64,000 bases of DNA from contig JBNKCR010000098.1 of NCBI GenBank assembly GCA_050287845.1, forward strand, positions 224,001-288,000, given 5' to 3'. Position 1 is the stretch's first letter. Each line of letters starts with the position of its first letter. Shown one piece after another: positions 9,445 through 19,831 of this stretch. The position numbers and the translations under genes were made by a program. The notes beneath the pieces are model-generated. The model was not told the DNA's origin. It ran no database searches and worked only from the letters and a program-made list of their open reading frames with translations. The DNA is from Polyangia bacterium (GTDB lineage Bacteria > Myxococcota_A > Polyangia > JAAYKL01).

Positions 9445-10542
9445 TCAGTCTGAGTCTCCGGAGATTGTGAAATAGAAAGTTGCGCCACGGTCTACTTCCG
9501 ACTCAGCCCAGATAGTCCCACCATGACGCTGAATGATGCGCTTCACCGTTGCAAGACCAACGCCTGTTCCTTTGAATTCTTTTTCGAGGTGGAGGCGTTG
9601 AAATACACCAAAGAGCCGATGATAGCTTTTCATATCAAAACCGGCGCCGTTGTCCCGGATAAAAATAGCCTCTCCGCGATCTGTTTCGCGACGCCCCATA
9701 GAAATCACCGAAGTTTCCTTTTTGCTTGAATATTTCCAGGCATTTCCAATCAGGTTTTCCAGAATGTGCTCTGTCAGTCCCGGATCGGCTTTAACCGTCA
9801 GTCCATCTTCAATATGTACCATCGGATTCTGGTCCGGAAATTCCACTCTCAAATTTTCAACAATTCTTCTGGCGATTTTTGAAAGGTCAATCTGTGTTTT
9901 TTCTAGCGGTTTTCTCGATAATCTCGACAACGTGAGAAGATCCTCAATCATGGTATTCATTCGCTTGGTCGCGGTCCGGATTCTGCTCAGGTGATCGAGA
10001 CTTTCTGCTGGAAGAATATCGGAACAGTCTTCCTGTAGCATCTCACTGAATGCATCTATGGCGTGAAGAGGACTTCGCAAGTCGTGGGAAATGGAATAAT
10101 TGAAAGATTCCAATTCTTTGTTGGCAACCTCCAGATTACGCCGATGTCGCTTGTTTTCTTCAATAAGCATTGATTTTTCGATGCTTTTATTGATTGAATG
10201 CATCAGTATGTTCATGTCAGCGATCGGTTTGAGAATAAAATCCCAGACGCCAAAGCGCAGTGCCTTCACGACGTCCGAAAGATCTCCGGTGCCGCTCATG
10301 ACAATAATCGGCAGCGAAGGGTAACTGACACCGATTTTTTCTATCAGTTCAAAGCCGTCCATCACCGGCATCCGGATATCCGTTACAATGACATCCGGCT
10401 TTATCCTGGTGAGGATGTCCAAGGCGGCACTTCCGTTCTCCGTCTGGTGAACGATGAAATCGTTGTCTTCGAGATACATTCCCGCTGATGTCCGGATTGT
10501 TTCGTCATCCTCGACCAATAAAATGATTCGATTGGAGTTCAT
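9445..10542 (-). CDS. Hybrid response regulator / histidine kinase (REC-HisKA-HATPase)
   Basis: ILLVEDD, DIRMPVMDG, FILKP; SISHDLRSPL; NLIGNAWKY, DNGAGF, GTGVGL. Start at ATG 10542 with a GGGGGAG RBS. Confidence 0.92.
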   Translation of the reverse strand: MNSNRIILLVEDDETIRTSAGMYLEDNDFIVHQTENGSAALDILTRIKPDVIVTDIRMPVMDGFELIEKIGVSYPSLPIIVMSGTGDLSDVVKALRFGVWDFILKPIADMNILMHSINKSIEKSMLIEENKRHRRNLEVANKELESFNYSISHDLRSPLHAIDAFSEMLQEDCSDILPAESLDHLSRIRTATKRMNTMIEDLLTLSRLSRKPLEKTQIDLSKIARRIVENLRVEFPDQNPMVHIEDGLTVKADPGLTEHILENLIGNAWKYSSKKETSVISMGRRETDRGEAIFIRDNGAGFDMKSYHRLFGVFQRLHLEKEFKGTGVGLATVKRIIQRHGGTIWAESEVDRGATFYFTISGDSD

Positions 10543-10726
10543 TATTTCTCCCCCATACCAGGACTCATACAATTCTCAACAGTCAACAATATCTGAAGTC
10601 GCTGACCATGCGAACTCGCAGCTGTTTTTTACTGTATTCGCTGGCTAACTCTACCGGAGAAAAAGGAATCAATGCAATTGTTTTCTGAGTACCCCCCCAC
10701 TGAGCACGTGCAAGAAAGAAAGGGGG

Positions 10727-13700
10727 TTATGTCCAGATAACCAAACCTGTCTCCTGCGTACAGGTCAGAAGTGGATGCGTGGGAACAACCCTCAACGCGT
10801 ATCGGAACGTTCCGCTGAAATCAAGCTGATGAGAAAGTGAATACCTGAATACCGTGGGATCTGGAGATTCGATTGGATGCATCGAAATGGTTCTTGGTTC
10901 GTCTGCAAAACGTTCACCGGCGTCCTGGCCGATGATCAGCTCCGCTCTCAGCTCCTCCTTTTTCATTTTACCGGGGATCACATTCATTTCAACTTCCAGC
11001 GGTGTGTTGGCGGGTAGCATGTCTCCATCCAGTCCTTTGATTTTAACATGATCAATCTGAACAGTTGAAAATCGTGCTTTGATGCTTCGTTTCCAGTCCG
11101 TCAGTACAGCAATGCCATTGTAATTATCGCTTCGAAGCTGATTGGCTCTCAGTGCCGTTGGGATATAAAGTCGCGTATGATATTCGTCGACCATGCGCAT
11201 GGTTGAAAACACTGGAACCAGTTTTTTATATGCGGCTTTCATCCTCGCAACCCATGACGAAGGGATATTCTGCTTATCCCGATCATAATATTCCGGCGCG
11301 ATTTCATTCATCAGAATATTGAAAAGCGCGTTGTTATCCATTTCGTCCTGATGGTTTCTATCAATCGGTGTCGCGGTGCAATTGATAGCATAGCCGACGT
11401 CGTCGTCATATCCTTCATCCCACCAACCGTCGAGAATGGAGCAGTTGATTCCACCATTCGGTACCACTTTCATTCCGCTGGTGCCACTGGCTTCGTGTGG
11501 GCGAACGGGAGTGTTCAACCACACATCCACACCCTGAGTAAGCAAACGCCCCAACTTCATATTGTAATTTTCAAGGTAGAAGATCTTGCCTTTAAATTCT
11601 GGTGTATGGGACTCGTCAATAATTTTTTTTATTAACTCCTTGCCCTGCGCGTCTGCAGGATGCGCTTTTCCTGCAAACAAAATCTGGATTGGCTTTTCGG
11701 GGTTGCTCAGCAGGTTTGCCAGAGCATCCCGGTGTTTGAAAAGCAATGTACCCCGCTTGTACGTTGCAAAACGCCTCGCAAATCCAATGGTAAGCGCATC
11801 CGGGTTCAAGCCCTCAATGGATTCTTTGATGAAAGTTGGGGTTTCACCACGGCGGCTATAATCGGTGTACAATTTTTCCTTGAGCTGCTCAATCAACCTT
11901 TTTTTCTGTGAACGATGTTCGTACCACAGTATTTCATCAGGAACCTTGTCGATGCCCATCCATACAATGGGATCGTCCTGATTATCATCCCAATTGATGT
12001 CCAGATATTGATCCAGCAATCTTTTCACGTCTTCACCAATCCATGAGGTGATATGAATACCGTTGGTGATGGAAGTAATTGGTACTTCGTCCTGGTCCAG
12101 TTCCTTCCAGACATCCTGCCACATTTCTCGGCAAACTTTACCATGCAGTTTGGATACACCGTTGGCTCTGCTCGAAAGCTTCAGCGCGAGAACAGTCATT
12201 GAGAAGGCGCGATTTTTCTCACCAGGTTTGGAAAATCCCATCTCCATCAATTGATCAAACGTAATTGACAGCCTTGCGGGTATATCCGAAAAATATTTGT
12301 GCATCAAATCCACGTCAAACGTTTCATTGCCGGCAGGGACCGGCGTATGGGTGGTAAACACCGATGATGCCTTGACCATTTCGCGTGCTTCCTGAAAGCT
12401 GAGTCCTTCTTTCATCAGACGTTCGATGCGTTCGAATAAAAGAAAACCGCAATGCCCTTCATTGAGATGATAGACTTGCGGCTTCAACCCCAGTTTATCT
12501 TCAATAAGCTTTACGCCGCCCATTCCGAGAATGATCTCCTGTTCAATGCGCATCTGTTTCCCGCCACCGTAAAGCTTGGATGATATTCGGCGGTCATCGG
12601 GGTGGTTTTCCTCCACGTCGGTATCCAGAAGATATAGATTGATTCTTCCCACCTGGACCTGCCATACTTTAGCAGTGACGTCTCGGCCTGCCAGCGGTAC
12701 AATAATCCGCACTTCCTGATTATTACTGTCCCGAACGGCTTGTATCGGAAGCCCCGAGGGGTCCATCACCGGATAATGTTCCACCTGCATACCGTTAATA
12801 TCAATTTGCTGCTGGAAATATCCCTGCTTATAAAAGAACCCGATACCGATAAGTGGCAGATTCAAGTCGGACGCCGACTTCATATGGTCTCCGGAAAGTA
12901 CACCCAGACCACCGGAGTAAATGGGTAAGCATTCGTGAATGCAGAACTCCATCGAGAAGTAGGCAATCGGATGCGTGATACTTAATGCTCCCCCGGTGTC
13001 GTATTGTCGGCCCGGAGCGGCCAGATAGCTTTCGAAAGAATCGATCAGGCGGTTATACTTCTTCAGATACACGGGATCGTTTACTTTTTCTTCAAGAACA
13101 CTGGGGTGAATCCGTTCCAGAAATTGCACTGGATTTGATTCTACTTCGTTCCACAGATACGGATCGAGATGCTCAAACAGCTCGCAGGCCTCCGGATGCC
13201 ATGCCCACCAGAGGTTGTTGGCCAGCTTGCCCAGTTTGCTGAAAGGCTCGGGCAACTGAGGCGCAACCGTCAATCGTCGGTAGTGCGGTCCAGGACCTTC
13301 CGCACCTTTGAATGCGATAAAGAGCTCGTCTGAAAATGCGCTGGTATCGAGGGAGTTCAAACGTTTTTCTGCAATGATGCTCGCTGCGATGTAGCTTTTC
13401 TGGTAATTGCGGTAAAAGGAGGACCAACACGCCGAGTCGGCAATCTTGCGCGCCTGCAACCGCATGGATTCTACGTCGGAATCGTGAGTGAATACCATTT
13501 GATTGAGAACGCTGAAAAGAGAATCACAAATCGAATCGAAAGATTTGTTTGCACGCTCAATTACGTGCACGGCGTCGCCGACTGAAATATTCAGTTCCCG
13601 TACCCAGCGACCGAATCCCGCGACATCACTGGTGATAGTTGGCACGCCAACGGCGATACTTTCCATGGGAGTGTATCCCCATGGCTCATAGCTGGAGGGA

Positions 13701-14977
13701 AAAACACCAAGGTCAAATGAAGAGAGTAACTGATAATAATTTGTATTGAACAATCCATCTTCCTTGTTGATATACAGCGGCGAAAAAATAACCTTCACCT
13801 TGCTTGATGAATTGTTGTTAAGCCCCAGACGATGGCAGGTCTGTACGATGGCGTCGTATTGTTCGTTGAAGAGGTCATGGGTCAATATCCCCGGCTCATC
13901 TTCTTCATCCATAGGAGCTCCCGCCAGGCGTGCCCGGAAGCTTTCTTTCAGTCCGTCATTTCCGCTGGCAATGAGAAACCACGATACAACTGTGGGCGCG
14001 TCGTGATTTTCTCGAAGTTCGCTGTTCAGCCGGGCAAGACTTTCCAGCACGACATCGTACCCTTTGTTGTGATATTCGTAACGACCTGCTGTCACCCATA
14101 ACCTGGTATTTTCCGGCAACTGGCAGCCAAGAAAGGTTGACGCCAGCGAAAAAACTTTCTGTCGGGTTTCAGCCACGTTGTGACGGATTGATTGCAGCGT
14201 TCCAAGTGCCTCCGTGCTGATGCCGTTGTACACCAGGTAATGGGGGCGAACGCCAATCATTTTCAGGGATTCGTCCGCTGTCACATTACTGACGGTCGTG
14301 AAAATATCCGCTTCTCTCGCGCACACACCTTCAAGGGATGCTTTGGCAGATACGCCATAGTTGGAAGCCTCCCGGGCAGGGTCAACATCAACATCGGCAG
14401 AGTAGATATCAATTCCTGCTCCGCACATAGCCCGACCCAAAACTGTTGCGTGGGTAGTGAATACAGTGCCAATTTCTGGCGTTGTTTTTTTAAGATGCAG
14501 CAATCCTGCGCCACTCATCCATTCATGAAAGTGGGCTGCTGCGGTATCTTCCGAGGTCAGGAGTGTTTCATGGATTGTTTCAATTACTTCACCACAGGCG
14601 GTCGCAAAAATAACCGGTTCAATATAGTCCCATTTGCTGCCCATAGAATTGACACCAAAGCGCTGCCAATATTGGTATAACAGTTTTCCTGAATCGTATC
14701 TGTCCTTGAAGTGCACCAGGATAACACGGGGGTGTCCCTCGGTTTTCCAGCGCCCCAATTTGCATATAAGACCTTTTTCTTCAAGCATCGGGCGGAGCGC
14801 GCGATAGGCGTCATCGTCGGATTCCTCAAAATCTGCGTTATTTTCGAGCATCGGTCCCAGAAGGAAGTAGTTGTCTCCATAATCGTTCACGGCCTGTGTG
14901 GCCTTAGAACGGATTACGGTGTGAATTCCGCCCACCATGTTGCATACTTCCCAGCTTACTTCGAACAGGTATTTCAT
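10727..14977 (-). CDS. glgP: Fused GT3 (eukaryote-type) glycogen synthase / GT35 alpha-glucan phosphorylase
   Basis: N-terminal FEVSWEVCNMVGGIHTV, FHEWM, FTTHAT, GRYEY.NKG, FPSSYEPWGYTPME (GT3); C-terminal YFSMEF, YSGGLGVL.GD, HLNEGH, FARRFATYKR, EASGTSGMK (PLP Lys). Start at ATG 14977 after GAGGAG. Confidence 0.92.
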   Translation of the reverse strand: MKYLFEVSWEVCNMVGGIHTVIRSKATQAVNDYGDNYFLLGPMLENNADFEESDDDAYRALRPMLEEKGLICKLGRWKTEGHPRVILVHFKDRYDSGKLLYQYWQRFGVNSMGSKWDYIEPVIFATACGEVIETIHETLLTSEDTAAAHFHEWMSGAGLLHLKKTTPEIGTVFTTHATVLGRAMCGAGIDIYSADVDVDPAREASNYGVSAKASLEGVCAREADIFTTVSNVTADESLKMIGVRPHYLVYNGISTEALGTLQSIRHNVAETRQKVFSLASTFLGCQLPENTRLWVTAGRYEYHNKGYDVVLESLARLNSELRENHDAPTVVSWFLIASGNDGLKESFRARLAGAPMDEEDEPGILTHDLFNEQYDAIVQTCHRLGLNNNSSSKVKVIFSPLYINKEDGLFNTNYYQLLSSFDLGVFPSSYEPWGYTPMESIAVGVPTITSDVAGFGRWVRELNISVGDAVHVIERANKSFDSICDSLFSVLNQMVFTHDSDVESMRLQARKIADSACWSSFYRNYQKSYIAASIIAEKRLNSLDTSAFSDELFIAFKGAEGPGPHYRRLTVAPQLPEPFSKLGKLANNLWWAWHPEACELFEHLDPYLWNEVESNPVQFLERIHPSVLEEKVNDPVYLKKYNRLIDSFESYLAAPGRQYDTGGALSITHPIAYFSMEFCIHECLPIYSGGLGVLSGDHMKSASDLNLPLIGIGFFYKQGYFQQQIDINGMQVEHYPVMDPSGLPIQAVRDSNNQEVRIIVPLAGRDVTAKVWQVQVGRINLYLLDTDVEENHPDDRRISSKLYGGGKQMRIEQEIILGMGGVKLIEDKLGLKPQVYHLNEGHCGFLLFERIERLMKEGLSFQEAREMVKASSVFTTHTPVPAGNETFDVDLMHKYFSDIPARLSITFDQLMEMGFSKPGEKNRAFSMTVLALKLSSRANGVSKLHGKVCREMWQDVWKELDQDEVPITSITNGIHITSWIGEDVKRLLDQYLDINWDDNQDDPIVWMGIDKVPDEILWYEHRSQKKRLIEQLKEKLYTDYSRRGETPTFIKESIEGLNPDALTIGFARRFATYKRGTLLFKHRDALANLLSNPEKPIQILFAGKAHPADAQGKELIKKIIDESHTPEFKGKIFYLENYNMKLGRLLTQGVDVWLNTPVRPHEASGTSGMKVVPNGGINCSILDGWWDEGYDDDVGYAINCTATPIDRNHQDEMDNNALFNILMNEIAPEYYDRDKQNIPSSWVARMKAAYKKLVPVFSTMRMVDEYHTRLYIPTALRANQLRSDNYNGIAVLTDWKRSIKARFSTVQIDHVKIKGLDGDMLPANTPLEVEMNVIPGKMKKEELRAELIIGQDAGERFADEPRTISMHPIESPDPTVFRYSLSHQLDFSGTFRYALRVVPTHPLLTCTQETGLVIWT

Positions 14978-15019
14978 GATGTTACTCCTCCAAGACACCC
15001 GGGGTGCCTCGATTTCACA

Positions 15020-16201
15020 TTAGCGATTGAGCGTTGTCTCAAAATCAGCAAGAACATTCTGATAATTTATGTATGCATCGTAGGGACTGCTGTATGGGTT
15101 GAAATATTTGTGAACGTCGCCGTCCGCGAACCACTTGGTACACATGTAATAGAAATGGTCCGAGGTCTGCAGAGAACGCCATGTGCGAATCAGATCCTCA
15201 TCTTCGGTGGCAAGGACCCGTTGCTCCTGTTCAAATACTGCTGCGAGTGCGTCATCCTGAAGATGGTTGCCACGCCAGGCCGACAAATCCCGTTCAATGT
15301 CTGCCCATGAAACAAAATGAGGAACATTCAGTTTTGCAACCGGTGAAAGGGAAGCGGAGACTTCTGCAGGCGTCGCAAAGCGGAAATCGGGGTTTTTAAG
15401 AATCCATTCCGGCAGATGTTCCATGAAATTGAAGATGCCGGAATCCTCCCACTGATGTTCTCCGAAAGTCTCGTAGTCCATAAACAGATTAATCGTCTCC
15501 CCGTTGCCGTTAATGGCATGAACCCAGTTGGCAAACTTTTCGGCAGTGAGGGGATAACTTTCCCAGCCCTTATTGGAAAATCGAAAGGCGATGTCGTCTG
15601 ACAGTTTGTAGTTCTTCAATAAAAGTTTCAACTTGTTACAGGTTTGCGGCTGGTACAGGAAGTTGGGGCTTCGCCAGTCCAGAATATGATCGGCGCCTTC
15701 AGCCAGAATGGTTTTGTATCCCATTTTTTCCACAGCCAGGGCAACGTCATTATTATAAATCAGTTCCGTATTCCTGAAAGTTGTGGGCGTCTGACCAAAT
15801 TCGGCTTGCATCAAGTCGCGATGAAGCATCACCTGACTTCGGAACTCGTCCTGTGAAAAAAGAAATGACAGTGAATGATTGTAAGTTTCATCAATGAACT
15901 CCACACATCCGGTATCTGCCAGCTGTTTGAATGTATCCAGCGTCTCCATGCTGAACTTTCTCATCTGATCCACGCAAACACCGGAGATGGAATATGAAAT
16001 CCTGAATGCTCCCTGGTAACGTTCAATCAGTCTGAGCATCAGGCGATTGGTGGGAAGGTAACATTTCTGCGCCACTTTCTGCATGATGGCGCCGTTTTTC
16101 TCGTCATCCTCGTAAAAATGATCTCGACCGATTTGAAAATATGAATATTTTTTTAATCTGTTGGGTTGATGCACCTGAAAATAGAAACATAGATTAACCA
16201 T
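15020..16201 (-). CDS. Glycoside hydrolase family 57 (alpha-amylase-like)
   Basis: FQVHQP, ETYNHSL, FRNTEL (nucleophile), DYETFGEH (acid/base), LQTSDHFYY. Start at ATG 16201. Confidence 0.9.
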   Translation of the reverse strand: MVNLCFYFQVHQPNRLKKYSYFQIGRDHFYEDDEKNGAIMQKVAQKCYLPTNRLMLRLIERYQGAFRISYSISGVCVDQMRKFSMETLDTFKQLADTGCVEFIDETYNHSLSFLFSQDEFRSQVMLHRDLMQAEFGQTPTTFRNTELIYNNDVALAVEKMGYKTILAEGADHILDWRSPNFLYQPQTCNKLKLLLKNYKLSDDIAFRFSNKGWESYPLTAEKFANWVHAINGNGETINLFMDYETFGEHQWEDSGIFNFMEHLPEWILKNPDFRFATPAEVSASLSPVAKLNVPHFVSWADIERDLSAWRGNHLQDDALAAVFEQEQRVLATEDEDLIRTWRSLQTSDHFYYMCTKWFADGDVHKYFNPYSSPYDAYINYQNVLADFETTLNR

Positions 16202-16241
16202 ACATGCGCCTCGTTCTGTGTTCTGTGTTCTGTTGTCTTGT

Positions 16242-17570
16242 TCATGCGAGTCTCTGGTAGATGTGACCAATATGTTCCGCGGCATTTTCCCACTGGATTT
16301 TCTTGAGCTCCTGGGATCCGCGTGTCACCAGTTCTTTCCTGAGAGGTTCATGTTCGAGAACTGCGAGAATTTTGTCGGCCAATTCGTCAATATCCCAGAA
16401 ATCCACTTTAAGTGCGCTATCCAGTATTTCCGCCACTCCTGATGTCTTGGAGATGATTACAGGAACGTCGTAGCGCATTGCTTCAAGAGGTGAAATGCCA
16501 AAGGGCTCGGAGACACTTGGCATTACATACAGATCGCTCTCCTTATACATCTGCTCCACCTCGGCGCCTTTGAGAAATCCTGTGAAGTGAAATTTTCTTC
16601 CCAATCTCAACTCCGCGATTCTCTCTATCATTTTTGGCGCCATATCCCCACTTCCTGCCATAACAAATCGCACATTATTGTTTCGCGCCAGCACTTTGGC
16701 AGCGGCTTCAACAAAATAGTCAGGACCTTTCTGGAAAGTGATTCGTCCGAGAAACAGAACCACTTTTTCTCGGGCAGCTTTCTGATAGCCGTTTTTACCC
16801 GGATACGCGTCTTTGGTGACAGCGTTGTGAACCACATGTACTTTTTCAGGCGGAACACCATAACGCTGGATGATGACATTCCTCGTCATATGACTTACTG
16901 CAATGATAGCGTCGGCATGATGGAAACCGTGTCTTTCTATGTCGTAAACGGCTTGGTTTACGTTATCGCCACTTCTGTCAAATTCCAGCGCATGAGCGTG
17001 AATAACCAGCGGTTTACCGCTTATACGTTTAGCTTCGATTCCCGCCAGCATGGTCAACCAGTCATGTACGTGAATCACATCGTGTTCAACACGCATGGCA
17101 ATGCTGCCCGAGACCGCTGCATATCGTACAACTTCGGTCATCAGGTTGGGACCATACTCACCTGTCAGTGAGATGTTGTGACTCGTGGCGCGAAAAGCCG
17201 ATGGCATCGTCGTTGCTTCCATTTCAGCAATTCTGCGGAGCTCATCCTGATACTGTTCCTCTGTCAGATAAGGAGATAGAGGCGATGCAATGGTATGAAC
17301 ATCAATATTCTTTGAAATCTGTTCAATTTGCCTGACGACAAACTCCCTGGGACTGAGATTTGATGTGTAGACCGGAAATCTTCCCACGTCGATGAGATTT
17401 ACGTGGCTCCCCTCATTGTTCTCCATTGGTTTGAGCTTGGGGAGCACAAAGGAGATGTTGTGATTGTGAGAAGATAGAGCCTGCGTCAAACCATAACAAG
17501 CCACCCCTAATCCGCCGCTGATATGAGGTGGAAATTCCCAGCCATACATTAAAATTTTCATCGGTTTCAC
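16242..17570 (-). CDS. Glycosyltransferase family 4 (glycogen-synthase-like)
   Basis: GWEFPPHISGGLG, HVHDW, GRITFQKGP, MPSVSEPFGISPLEA. Confidence 0.9.
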   Translation of the reverse strand: MKPMKILMYGWEFPPHISGGLGVACYGLTQALSSHNHNISFVLPKLKPMENNEGSHVNLIDVGRFPVYTSNLSPREFVVRQIEQISKNIDVHTIASPLSPYLTEEQYQDELRRIAEMEATTMPSAFRATSHNISLTGEYGPNLMTEVVRYAAVSGSIAMRVEHDVIHVHDWLTMLAGIEAKRISGKPLVIHAHALEFDRSGDNVNQAVYDIERHGFHHADAIIAVSHMTRNVIIQRYGVPPEKVHVVHNAVTKDAYPGKNGYQKAAREKVVLFLGRITFQKGPDYFVEAAAKVLARNNNVRFVMAGSGDMAPKMIERIAELRLGRKFHFTGFLKGAEVEQMYKESDLYVMPSVSEPFGISPLEAMRYDVPVIISKTSGVAEILDSALKVDFWDIDELADKILAVLEHEPLRKELVTRGSQELKKIQWENAAEHIGHIYQRLA

Positions 17571-17590
17571 TCCCTTGCGCGTGAATATGT

Positions 17591-19549
17591 TTATTTTCTG
17601 GCGTTGTCGTAAAGAGTAATCAGCCTCAATAATTCTGCAACGCTCCAGGCCTGACTGGGGCAGCCGCGTCCGACTGAAGGTGATTCTCCATCGAATATTT
17701 CAGAAATTGTTCCGATTCCATCCCGCTGCAGATGGGCACGAAACGCTTCAATTATTTCTTCCACAACCTGTTTTGCCGCCTGCTCGTCATGTTTCAGAAG
17801 AGCTTCCCCGTAGTGCCCGATTAAAAATGGCCACACAGTGCCATTGTGATATGCAGAATCCCGAGCTTCCGGGCCGCCTTCATAAGTGGCGCAGAAACCC
17901 GGGTCCTCCGGTGAGAGCGTTCGCAGTCCCAGCGGAGTATACAAATGCTTTGTGACCGTATCCAACACTCTTCTGGCCCGCTCCCCATCCAGTGGTGAAA
18001 ACGGGAGTGAGAGAGCAAAAATCTGGTTCGGGCGAATACGCGTGTCCTGCTTGTCGCCATCCACCAGGTCCGCAAGGTAGCCCAGTTCCCTAATCCAGAA
18101 TTGTTCGATAAAGGATTGTTTAATTCGTGGCGCCAGCTCTTTTGCATATCTGCATCCCTGAACCTCCCCCATATCCACAAGTTCGCCGAGAAAGCAGACC
18201 ATATTATACCATAGCGCATTGACTTCCACCGGACACCCGTTCCGGGGAGTAACCGGTTTGCCGTTGCTCTGGGCATCCATCCATGTGATCTGACTGTCAA
18301 ATGTGCCCGCGCTGATGAGTCCATCGTCGCGCATATACGTATTATTTTGTGTGCCTTTCTGGTACCAGGTGAAAATTTGCTCCAATGTGTCAAAAATTTT
18401 CCCGCGCAATGCATTAATGTCCCGGGTGATATACAGATACTGTTGCACGGCCCAGGCGAACCATAAACTGGCATCGGCGCTGTTGTAGGCATTATTCGCC
18501 GGGTCAAGCCCGAGGTAATTGGGAACAACGCCTTCCCGTGTATGGGTGGCGAATTCCGCAAGTACGTCAATGTAATCGCGATTTTTTTTGGTATCGTGCA
18601 ACATGAGCCCCGGTAGCGAAATCATGGCATCTCGACCCCACTCCAGAAACCACGGAAATCCTGCCGTAATGGCCAGATGACCGCTCTCCCGGGTAGAAAT
18701 AAACTGATGCGCAGCCCATCTCAGCGGCTTCTGGATGGTTGTCCCACGTAAACGTTTGTAAAACAGGCTGCGGCGTTGAATTTCGTCTGCCGCGGTCTTT
18801 TCCAGATCATCAATTTCTTCAGTGGATGCAGTGACAATAATTTTTTCGCCCTTGGGAAAAGCAATTTCAAACATCCCCGGGCAGAACAGATCCTCACTGG
18901 AGGGAAATCCTCGTCGCAGCTCCTCCAGATATTCAACATGATAATACCAATTTGGTGCCGGAAAGAACTCGAAGTCACCGGTGCACTGAACAAACAATGG
19001 TGGAAGTCCGCCATATGGCTGAATTTTAAATCCGTTTTTGGCTGGCCAGGTACGGACCTGTAATGTCACATTTTCGGCAGTCAGGCCGTGGAAATCCCGG
19101 TAAGCAAGCATCGGGCGAATGACCAGTCTGGAATCATTGGAGTTCCGGGTGCACTCATACTGAGACACGACCGCGTTCTTTCCATCAAGCATCATGACGC
19201 GTTTTGTCAGATTCACCTTAGAAGTCTGAAATTTGAATACCGGCATCTTATCGTGGACAAACCCAATCAGATGTTGATATCCCTCGGGAGCTACCGCTCC
19301 CTGATACTGCGTGGTCGTGAATCCTGTTTCCTCCTCACCGCTCAGAAGCGCTTCATCGTACTTGGAGAGCAGAACATATTTGCCTTCCGGTGACGATAAC
19401 CGGGGCACGAGCATTCCGTGATATTTTCTCGTGTTGCAACCTGAGATGGTACTGGAGGCGTAGCCACCGATTCCGTTGGTTTCCAGCCACTCCCTGGTGG
19501 TGGCCTGCTTGAAGTCCTGGCAGTCTTTTCGCTGAATTTTAATTGACAT
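17591..19549 (-). CDS. Glycogen debranching enzyme (amylo-alpha-1,6-glucosidase, GH133-type)
   Basis: EWLETNGIGGYASST, RKYHG, AGFPWF..WGRD, TWMDA, PVEVNALWY, IRPNQ, YHNGTVWP, QAWSVAE. Confidence 0.92.
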   Translation of the reverse strand: MSIKIQRKDCQDFKQATTREWLETNGIGGYASSTISGCNTRKYHGMLVPRLSSPEGKYVLLSKYDEALLSGEEETGFTTTQYQGAVAPEGYQHLIGFVHDKMPVFKFQTSKVNLTKRVMMLDGKNAVVSQYECTRNSNDSRLVIRPMLAYRDFHGLTAENVTLQVRTWPAKNGFKIQPYGGLPPLFVQCTGDFEFFPAPNWYYHVEYLEELRRGFPSSEDLFCPGMFEIAFPKGEKIIVTASTEEIDDLEKTAADEIQRRSLFYKRLRGTTIQKPLRWAAHQFISTRESGHLAITAGFPWFLEWGRDAMISLPGLMLHDTKKNRDYIDVLAEFATHTREGVVPNYLGLDPANNAYNSADASLWFAWAVQQYLYITRDINALRGKIFDTLEQIFTWYQKGTQNNTYMRDDGLISAGTFDSQITWMDAQSNGKPVTPRNGCPVEVNALWYNMVCFLGELVDMGEVQGCRYAKELAPRIKQSFIEQFWIRELGYLADLVDGDKQDTRIRPNQIFALSLPFSPLDGERARRVLDTVTKHLYTPLGLRTLSPEDPGFCATYEGGPEARDSAYHNGTVWPFLIGHYGEALLKHDEQAAKQVVEEIIEAFRAHLQRDGIGTISEIFDGESPSVGRGCPSQAWSVAELLRLITLYDNARK

Positions 19550-19831
19550 TGCTCCCTCTCTTAATCACGATTCCATTCCCCAAACGGCTTTGCGGCAGTT
19601 GGAACTATTTCGCATGAAGTCTCCCTTACTCACAGAGCATCATCTGTACCTGACAATTGCACCTGATATTGTAATCACGAATTTTACCTGTTTATGAAGA
19701 GCAAGATATGACATCAATTTTTCATTGTGCAAGTTGAAAAATTAAATGGGAGGTGAATATCGTGAAAAATACTCATTTGTGAGCGAATCTTATTCTGATT
19801 GTGTCGGTAAGTAATGGAATTTGCAGATGGT

